DNA of 53,960 bases. Source: Clostridia bacterium (GTDB taxonomy: Bacteria > Bacillota > Clostridia > UBA1381 > UBA9506). This document shows positions 47,535 to 53,960 of this stretch, piece after piece; positions within the stretch are counted from its first letter, which is position 1, and each line of letters starts with the position of its first letter. The position numbers and the translations under genes are program-made. The notes beneath the pieces are model-generated. The model saw nothing but the letters and a program-made list of their open reading frames with translations. It had not been told where the DNA came from and did no database searches. The DNA lies in assembly GCA_045595745.1 (NCBI GenBank), contig JAZOBB010000053.1:1-53960 (forward strand), given 5' to 3'.

Positions 47535-47927
47535 ATGGCAAAAGTTGCTAGAAGAAGCACTCGCAGAAAAGTTAAAAAGAATATTGAGCGTGGTGCGGTT
47601 CATATCCGTTCTACTTTTAATAATACGATGGTTACGATTACCGATGTTGCAGGTAACGCAATCAGCTGGGCAAGCTCCGGTGGATTGGGCTTTAGAGGTT
47701 CAAGAAAAAGCACTCCGTTCGCTGCTCAGATGGCAGCAGAAACCGCTGCAAAAGCAGCTATGGAGCACGGTCTGAAAACCGTTGAGGTTTTTGTTAAAGG
47801 ACCCGGTGCAGGACGTGAAGCTGCTATTCGTGCGCTGCAGGCTGCAGGATTAGAGGTTAGCATGATTAAAGATGTTACCCCGATTCCTCATAACGGCTGC
47901 AGACCGCCGAAAAGAAGAAGAGTTTGA
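47535..47927 (+). CDS. rpsK: 30S ribosomal protein S11
   Basis: 130 aa. [35 protein letters not shown]. Confidence 0.97.
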   Translation: MAKVARRSTRRKVKKNIERGAVHIRSTFNNTMVTITDVAGNAISWASSGGLGFRGSRKSTPFAAQMAAETAAKAAMEHGLKTVEVFVKGPGAGREAAIRALQAAGLEVSMIKDVTPIPHNGCRPPKRRRV

Positions 47928-47959
47928 TTTAAATTTTTTGAAGTTAGGAGGGTAAACAT

Positions 47960-48553
47960 ATGGCAAGAAATATGCAGCCTATATTAAAAAGATGCAGAAC
48001 TTTAGGCATCGAGCCGTCTGTTATGGGTATTAACAAGACCTCTAACAGAAATCCGAAGCCGATGAAGAGAAAGCAGAGCGAATATGGTCGCCAGCTTACT
48101 GAAAAGCAGAAAGTTAAGTTTATATATGGCATGCTCGAAAAGCAGTTCAGAAAATATTATGAAATTGCTATTAAAATGCCGGGCATTGCCGGTGAAAACC
48201 TGCTGCAGATTCTCGAATCAAGACTTGATAACGTTGTTTTCAGACTTGGTCTTGCTAACACAAGAAGAGAATCAAGACAGCTCGTTAACCACGGTCACAT
48301 TCTTGTAAACGGAAAAAGACTTGATATACCTTCATACCGTGTAAAAATCGGAGATGTTATTACCATTAAGGAGCGCTCAAAAGGCTCTGAAAGAATTAAG
48401 CAGATCATCGAGGACAACGCATCAAGAGTTGTTCCGAAGTGGCTTGATATGGACAAAAACACTCTGACAGGTAAGGTTATTGCTTTTGCGCAGAGAGACG
48501 ATATCGATTTCGAAGTTGAAGAGCATCTCATCGTCGAGTTGTATTCTAAATAA
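47960..48553 (+). CDS. rpsD: 30S ribosomal protein S4
   Basis: 197 aa. LESRLDNVVFRLG, S4 domain. Confidence 0.96.
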   Translation: MARNMQPILKRCRTLGIEPSVMGINKTSNRNPKPMKRKQSEYGRQLTEKQKVKFIYGMLEKQFRKYYEIAIKMPGIAGENLLQILESRLDNVVFRLGLANTRRESRQLVNHGHILVNGKRLDIPSYRVKIGDVITIKERSKGSERIKQIIEDNASRVVPKWLDMDKNTLTGKVIAFAQRDDIDFEVEEHLIVELYSK

Positions 48554-48661
48554 TATTTTGATTTGTTTAGAAGATTTTATCTTTGTAATCAGGTTTCCCT
48601 TAGGCACTTGTGTGCTAAAGTAATGCGTGACATTAACCAATATATATGAGGGAGGTTAACT

Positions 48662-49612
48662 ATGTTAGAAATAGAAAAGCCAAACGTTGAGTGCGTAGAG
48701 GTAGACGAGAGCGGAAAGTACGGCAAATATGTCGCAGAGCCGCTGGAGCGCGGTTACGGTACCACGCTGGGCAACTCTCTGCGTAGAATGCTGCTTTCCT
48801 CATTGCCGGGTGCGGCAGCTACATCTGTTAAAATTGATGGTGTTCTGCATGAGTTTTCAACTATCCCGGGCGTGAAAGAAGACGTGACGGAAATCATCTT
48901 AAACATTAAGCAAATCGCAGTTAAGCTTCATTGCGATACTCCGAAAGTTGTATACATCGAGGCTGAAGGCGAAGGCGAAATTAAAGCAGGGGATATTAAG
49001 CTGGATTCGGATATCGAAATATTCAATCCTGACCTGCATATCGCTACACTTAATAAAGATGCTAAGCTGTATATGGAGATTACGTTCTGCAAAGGTCGCG
49101 GTTATGTTTCTGCTGAAAGAAACAAGCAGATCAATCAGAACATTATCGGTGTTATTCCGGTTGACTCCATTTATACACCGGTGCACAGGGTGAACTATTT
49201 TGTAGAAAACACCCGTGTCGGTCAGATTACCGACTATGACAAGCTGACTTTAGAGGTTTGGACCGATGGTTCAATTTCTCCGGATGAAGCAGTGAGTTTA
49301 GCGGCTAAAATTATTAATGAGCATTTAATGCAGTTTATTGACCTCTCGCTTGAGGCAAAGAATGCCGAAATTATGATAGAGAAGGAAGAGGGCAAAAAAG
49401 AGAAAGTTCTTGAAATGACTATTGAAGAGCTCGACCTTTCTGTTCGTTCCTATAACTGTCTGAAACGTGCAGGCATCAACACTGTGGAAGATTTGACAAA
49501 CCGCACTGAAGACGATATGGTTAAGGTTAGAAACCTTGGTCGCAAGTCTTTAGAAGAGGTTATCGGAAAGCTCCACGCGTTGGGTCAGTCGTTCGCAAAA
49601 AGAGAGGACTAA
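48662..49612 (+). CDS. rpoA: DNA-directed RNA polymerase subunit alpha
   Basis: 316 aa. [21 protein letters not shown]-terminal domain [17 protein letters not shown]. Confidence 0.97.
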   Translation: MLEIEKPNVECVEVDESGKYGKYVAEPLERGYGTTLGNSLRRMLLSSLPGAAATSVKIDGVLHEFSTIPGVKEDVTEIILNIKQIAVKLHCDTPKVVYIEAEGEGEIKAGDIKLDSDIEIFNPDLHIATLNKDAKLYMEITFCKGRGYVSAERNKQINQNIIGVIPVDSIYTPVHRVNYFVENTRVGQITDYDKLTLEVWTDGSISPDEAVSLAAKIINEHLMQFIDLSLEAKNAEIMIEKEEGKKEKVLEMTIEELDLSVRSYNCLKRAGINTVEDLTNRTEDDMVKVRNLGRKSLEEVIGKLHALGQSFAKRED

Positions 49613-49654
49613 GCAGGAGTTTCCTGTTGATTTTAAAGAAGGAGGTAGTTTTTG

Positions 49655-49996
49655 ATGCCAGGAACAAGAAAATTGGGTCGTCCTACCGACCAGAGAATCG
49701 CTATGCTGAGAAATCTTGTTACTTCGCTTTTGGACAACGGCAGAATCGTTACGACTCTTGCTCGTGCTAAAGAAGTTAGATGCATGGCAGACAAAATGAT
49801 TACTCTTGGTAAAACCAATACATTACATTCAAGACGTCAAGCTCTTTCTTATATTACGGATAAAGAAGTAGTATATAAATTGTTTGAAGAGATTGCTCCT
49901 AAGTATGCAGAGCGTCAGGGTGGATACACCAGAATTATTAAAGCTGGTCCCAGACGTGGTGATGCTGCTGAAACAGCTATCATTGAATTAGTATAA
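49655..49996 (+). CDS. rplQ: 50S ribosomal protein L17
   Basis: ATG 49655 (ORF track starts at TTG 49652). [16 protein letters not shown]. Confidence 0.95.
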   Translation: MPGTRKLGRPTDQRIAMLRNLVTSLLDNGRIVTTLARAKEVRCMADKMITLGKTNTLHSRRQALSYITDKEVVYKLFEEIAPKYAERQGGYTRIIKAGPRRGDAAETAIIELV

Positions 49997-50012
49997 TAAG
50001 AGTACATTGTTT

Positions 50013-50044
50013 TAAAAGCTCCAAGCCAGATGGCTTGGAGCTTT
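50013..50044. terminator. Bidirectional intrinsic terminator between rplQ and ridA
   Basis: AAAAGCTCCAAGCC-agat-GGCTTGGAGCTTTT. Confidence 0.85.
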
Positions 50045-50078
50045 TGTGCGTTTATATTGTTTGTTTTTTCGAGTTAGG

Positions 50079-50450
50079 TTATATTTCGGCTATTGCTTCA
50101 ACCTCGCATAAAACACCTTTGGGGAGTGCTGATACCTCGACGCAAGAGCGGGCTGGTCTGTTTGTAAAATATCTTGCATAAACCTCGTTAAAAATTGCAA
50201 AATCGTTCATATTTTTAATAAAGCAGGTTGTTTTAACTACTTTTTCAAGCGAGCTTCCCGCCGATTCTAAAACAGCTTTTATATTTTTGCATACTTGTTC
50301 GGCTTGTGCGGCAATGTCGGTTGCCTCAACCTGACCGCTTGCAGGATTTATCGGAATTTGACCTGAGGTGAATATCAATTTGCCACTTGTGGTCGCTTGT
50401 GAATAAGGACCTACTGCCTCGGGTGCATTTTTTGTATAAATTTTTTCCAT
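50079..50450 (-). CDS. ridA: RidA family (YjgF/TdcF) reactive-intermediate deaminase
   Basis: 123 aa. APEAVGPYSQA..GQIP..ARSCVEVSALPKG..VEVEAIA. Confidence 0.92.
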   Translation of the reverse strand: MEKIYTKNAPEAVGPYSQATTSGKLIFTSGQIPINPASGQVEATDIAAQAEQVCKNIKAVLESAGSSLEKVVKTTCFIKNMNDFAIFNEVYARYFTNRPARSCVEVSALPKGVLCEVEAIAEI

Positions 50451-50482
50451 ATGCTTGTCCTCCTGTGTGTTATTATATCTAA

Positions 50483-50511
50483 ATTTTAGAACATTAAAAG
50501 CCTTGTGTCAA
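50483..50511 (-). promoter_or_regulatory. ridA promoter TTGACA-17-TAAAAT (minus strand)
   Basis: Reverse complement: TTGACA (50511-50506), 17-nt spacer, TAAAAT (50488-50483). Confidence 0.55.
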
Positions 50512-50866
50512 TAGGTGGTGGTAAAATATTTGTAATAAATGCAGAACAGGCAATATGGTAAAATATATTGCGGAATTTATAGGTTTGTGGTATAATAATT
50601 ACAAGAGGTCGCGTAGCTCGCTATGTATTTCATACATTCGCCGGCTTTGCCGTCGTCTTGTAATTATTGACGGCTGCGTAAAAATGCTCTTGCAAGCAAG
50701 CGTTTTTACTTATGGTATAATTTGTGTATGTGGAGTTTGTTTTTTGTAAAGGATAAATTGGTTACGAATTATAGTGTGAGAGTTGTTAAATATTGATGGA
50801 TTACAGGAGTTTTGCTCGGGATGTAATATATAGTAATAGTTAATCCGACAGGTGTAGGAGGCATAT

Positions 50867-51385
50867 ATGGGGATAGCGCATACTTTTGGCATATTGGCAG
50901 TTGTAACATTTCTTTTGAGTTTTCAAATGAAAACTCGAAGAAATATTATTGTTGTCAATTTAACCTCGAGGCTATTATACATACTTCAATATATTTTTTT
51001 GGGAGCTTTTGAAGGCGCAGTTTTAGATCTTATGGGATTTATTTTGTCATTTATTGCCAGGTATAAAGAAAAAAAGTTTATAGCAAAGCATTGTAAAATT
51101 ATTGTGATAGCTGTAAATGTACTTTTGTTGGCGGTGGGCTTCGCTTTATATGAAAACATTTTTAGTTTATTTGCTATATTTGGGATAATTTTTGAAATAA
51201 TGGCTTTATGGTTGACAAAAGAAAAAAATATAAGACTTCTTTCCTTGTTCTCGGCACCGTTTTGGCTTGTCTATAATTTTGCAAATGCTGCATATGGTTC
51301 TGCTATCGGGAATGTTTTAGTAATGTTTTCGATTGTAATTGCCATGTTAAGACTTGACTTTAAAAAATCTGTGAGTAAGGAATAA
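50867..51385 (+). CDS. YgjV-like inner membrane protein (Imp-YgjV family)
   Basis: 172 aa, about 5 hydrophobic helices. ATG after GGAGG. The family call is from recalled similarity only. Confidence 0.55.
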   Translation: MGIAHTFGILAVVTFLLSFQMKTRRNIIVVNLTSRLLYILQYIFLGAFEGAVLDLMGFILSFIARYKEKKFIAKHCKIIVIAVNVLLLAVGFALYENIFSLFAIFGIIFEIMALWLTKEKNIRLLSLFSAPFWLVYNFANAAYGSAIGNVLVMFSIVIAMLRLDFKKSVSKE

Positions 51386-51502
51386 TTAAAGGGTATGGGT
51401 ATGTTTGGTATATAACGTTATTTTTTGGACTGTCTTGACAAAAGTCGAATTATGTCGAATAGTGGAGAATAATGAGAAAACATAAAGAAAAGAGGTAATA
51501 CA

Positions 51503-52137
51503 ATGAGCAATCTGATTGCAAAAGAATATAAATGCTTTGAAGATATAAAGCATATAAAAGAAGATGGAACTGAATATTGGTTTGCAAGAGAGCTGGCTAT
51601 TGTTTTAGATTATAACAAATGAGAAAATTTTCATAAAGTTATAAAGCGTGCAATGATTGCTTGTAAAAACAGCGGACACGACATTACATGCGATTTCCCT
51701 GAGGTCAGGAAAATCGTAAAAGCAGGTGCAACTGAAAAGCCGGTGTTATAACAAATGAAGAATTTGCTATTTTTCAAAATGCGGGTTACATTGTCCTTTA
51801 TGGTGGACTTGACGTTGAAGATATCCACAAAAGAAAAGGTCTTGCAGTAGGACAAAAAATTCTTGATTATATGGGCAGTACAGAACTTATTGCTAATCTT
51901 TTCAGGATTTCACAAACAGAAGAGAAATTGAGAAAGGATAAAGTTGATAATGCAGAAACTGCCACCAAAGTTCATAATACAGTTGGTAGGGAAGTCAGAA
52001 AGGCTATTGAAGAAATCGGTGGTACAATGCCTGAAGATCTACCAACGCCAGAAAAAAGCATCGCTCAAATTGAAAAGGAGCAGATGCAAAGGCTAAAGAA
52101 GAAAGCAAAAGAAGGAAGTTTAATGCTTGATGAGTAA
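51503..52137 (+). pseudogene. dinD: DNA damage-inducible protein D (DinD) pseudogene: in-frame TGA, internal deletion and frameshift
   Basis: N-terminal part MSNLIAKEYKCFEDIKHI..YWFARELAIVLDYNK-TGA(51620-51622)-ENFHKVIKRAMIACKNSGH ends at TAA 51749-51751. The C-terminal part continues in another frame from about 51736: EEFAIFQNAGY..LYGGLD..ILDYMGSTELIANLFRISQTEEKL..GGTMPEDLPTPEKSI. The central ~90 aa expected in DinD are absent. Confidence 0.75.
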
Positions 52138-52211
52138 AATCATATGTTTTAGTTTACAAAATTTAATACAAAGGTTGCGATTAGATCTTTGTAGAAAAAT
52201 AGCAAATAATA

Positions 52212-52240
52212 TTGAAAAATTAAATTATATATGATATAAT
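52212..52240 (+). promoter_or_regulatory. Promoter TTGAAA-17-TATAAT upstream of the GGDEF gene
   Basis: TTGAAA 52212-52217, 17-nt spacer, TATAAT 52235-52240. Confidence 0.6.
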
Positions 52241-52295
52241 TTTATATGGTTACATGTAGCTTTTGAAAGTGTTATATATTTAAGAGGTAATGGAT

Positions 52296-53960
52296 ATGGC
52301 AATAACATATGAACGAAAAAAACAAAGACAAAATAATATTTTATATACAATTGTTGCTGCAATTTTAATATGTGCAGTCTTTTTTGCAATGGTTGTATCT
52401 TTCTTTATTAAGGCTGAGGACGATGCTTATGAAATGCTTCATATTCAGACAAAACAGATTAAAGACGATCTTACTTTGCAATTAAAATCAGACAGAGAAA
52501 ATCTTATTACTATGGCAAACTTTGCGTCAAAGCTCTATGCTGATGGAAAAGGCTATGAGCGTATGTTTGATTCCTTTAATCCTATTGGTTTGTTTTCAAG
52601 AATTGGTATACTAAACCCTGACGGCACCTTTATCACAAAGGACGGAGTCTATGATTTGAAAGGGCAAATTTCATTTGAAGAGCAGGCAAGTCTTGGAGAA
52701 CATATTACCGGTAGAACTTATAGCTATTCAATGCCCGATGAACAGGTAGTCCGCAGCTCTGTTCCAATTCAGGTGGATGGAGAAACTGTCGGCATTATGT
52801 ATGGCATTATTAAAATCGAAACTATCAACGAAAAATACAATAATATGGCAAAAGAGCTTGATGCTCAGCTTTTTGTTTATGATAAGGAAACAGGAAAATT
52901 TATTGTAGATACAATAAATGAAAAACCAACTGAACTGTCAAACTTGAAAAACAGAGAGTATAATGACGGCTATTCATACGAAATGCTGGCTAATTCCGAT
53001 AAAGGTTATTCATCGTTTAAGTCCATACGAACAGGTGAGAATCTTTATATCCATTATTCAATTATTGAAGATTTTAACTGGGGTATTCTGCTTGCCCGTC
53101 ATGAAACTCAGGTATTTGAGGAAACACATAAAATATCCCGCAATTTACTTATTATTTTTACTATAATCATTTTAATTATAGCAATTTATCTTGAGCTGAT
53201 ATTAAGAAGCGAAAAAAACAGAGCAAAATTAAATTCAGAGTCTTCTTTTATAAGGCATCTTCTTCTGGAAATAAACAGGCAACATGAAAATATAAATACC
53301 GCTTTAAAAAGAATAAAAGAATTTTCAAGTGCCCGTTCCTGCTTCTTTGCAGATACTGACGGAGAAGATTATTACTACATAAAGCCTTCCCTGAAGGATA
53401 AATGCTTATTGGGTGACGAAAGAAAATACTTTGTCAGTGAGCTTTTCAGGTATGCGGCAAACATTCACACAGATGATTCATCTACCGGATTTATGCAAAT
53501 TATTCCCAACAATCACCTTTTAAAAACCAATTCGGAATTTTATCACTTTTTATTAAATCACGGAATAAAAGATGTTTCTTTTGCAATTATTGCAGATAAA
53601 GACAACCATGTTAGTATCTTGGGCGCAATTAACCCAAAGAAAAGTTCTGCAATCAGAAAGCTTGTCGGAGATGTTGTTATTTGTTTCTCTATTGCTATAT
53701 ATAACAAAAAGCATCTTAACAAAACTGAGCTTGCTGCAACAACAGATTCTCTTACCGGAGCGTTAAACCGTGTTGCATATAAAAAAGATATTCTCGTTTT
53801 TGACGAAGAAAAACCGGAGGACTTTTCCTGCATTTATATTGATGTTAACGAGCTTCATATCAGGAACAATAAATACGGACACGCCGCAGGCGATGAAATG
53901 CTTATCTATATTGCAAATTCTTTAAAGGAAGTGTTCTTTGGCCAGCACATTTATCGTATG
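52296..53960 (+). CDS. Membrane sensor diguanylate cyclase (TM, extracytoplasmic Cache-like domain, TM, GAF-like region, GGDEF domain); 3' end runs off the window
   Basis: Absent from ORF track because it is open-ended. ATG 52296, 8 nt after AAGAGG. 555 stop-free codons to the window end. TM helices at about residues 15-37 and 290-310. GGDEF N-terminal motifs DSLTGALNR and IDVNELHIRNNKYGHAAGDEML. The GG(D/E)EF site itself lies beyond the window. Confidence 0.85.
   Translation, partial: MAITYERKKQRQNNILYTIVAAILICAVFFAMVVSFFIKAEDDAYEMLHIQTKQIKDDLTLQLKSDRENLITMANFASKLYADGKGYERMFDSFNPIGLFSRIGILNPDGTFITKDGVYDLKGQISFEEQASLGEHITGRTYSYSMPDEQVVRSSVPIQVDGETVGIMYGIIKIETINEKYNNMAKELDAQLFVYDKETGKFIVDTINEKPTELSNLKNREYNDGYSYEMLANSDKGYSSFKSIRTGENLYIHYSIIEDFNWGILLARHETQVFEETHKISRNLLIIFTIIILIIAIYLELILRSEKNRAKLNSESSFIRHLLLEINRQHENINTALKRIKEFSSARSCFFADTDGEDYYYIKPSLKDKCLLGDERKYFVSELFRYAANIHTDDSSTGFMQIIPNNHLLKTNSEFYHFLLNHGIKDVSFAIIADKDNHVSILGAINPKKSSAIRKLVGDVVICFSIAIYNKKHLNKTELAATTDSLTGALNRVAYKKDILVFDEEKPEDFSCIYIDVNELHIRNNKYGHAAGDEMLIYIANSLKEVFFGQHIYRM

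Noticed and set aside
50555-50749. 64-aa ORF between ridA and the YgjV-like gene
   Set aside because: It has no SD, spans three promoter-like elements and the inverted repeat, and is Cys/Arg-rich. It is treated as noncoding.
51444-51460. GTCGAAT-tat-GTCGAAT upstream of dinD as a LexA (Cheo) box
   Set aside because: It is a direct repeat, not the inverted GAAC-N4-GTTC repeat, so it does not fit the Firmicute SOS box.
51620-51622. In-frame TGA in dinD as possible Trp/Sec recoding
   Set aside because: TGA is used as a genuine stop elsewhere in the window (rpmJ 46997-46999, anti-sigma 22807-22809). The gene also carries a large deletion and a frameshift downstream, so a pseudogene is the simpler reading.

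Overview
This window is mostly core housekeeping DNA from a low-GC Firmicute. It looks clostridial: spoVT, whiA, Prp-processed L27, PFOR and HydABC are present. Assigning it to Oscillospiraceae/Ruminococcaceae is only a guess. I support about 64 protein-coding genes and one pseudogene.

Gene content in order:
- a truncated PnuC-like transporter (minus strand, window start)
- a SWIM/SNF2 helicase and a UDG-superfamily glycosylase
- pyruvate:ferredoxin oxidoreductase followed by a trimeric HydC-HydB-HydA [FeFe]-hydrogenase operon
- a 44-aa ORF with a long attenuator-like leader
- DUF1846, an HD protein, hom-thrB-lysC, and rplU-prp-rpmA
- a metallophosphoesterase, an ECF sigma/anti-sigma pair, and a duplicated CCCH protein
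- coaE, SLT, apbE, polA, whiA, an rseC-like gene and rqcH
- spoVT and an RluA-family synthase (minus strand)
- the complete S10-spc-alpha ribosomal cluster (34014-49996)
- ridA (minus strand), a YgjV-like membrane protein, a decayed dinD pseudogene, and a 3'-truncated sensor GGDEF gene

I saw no rRNA, tRNA, CRISPR array, transposase or integrase, and I found no convincing novel multi-gene system.

The best leads are noncoding or single-residue:
1. A terminator/antiterminator leader in front of the acidic 44-aa ORF.
2. A promoter-to-terminator sRNA candidate with an unpaired C7 tract upstream of nifJ.
3. A roughly 45-nt motif shared by two intergenic regions.
4. An orphan 75-nt three-way-junction RNA candidate between rqcH and spoVT.
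5. A 345-nt GC-rich leader before rpsJ.
6. A non-canonical TSCSPGW H-cluster motif in HydA.

All family assignments rest on motifs read from the translations and on memory. No searches were run.
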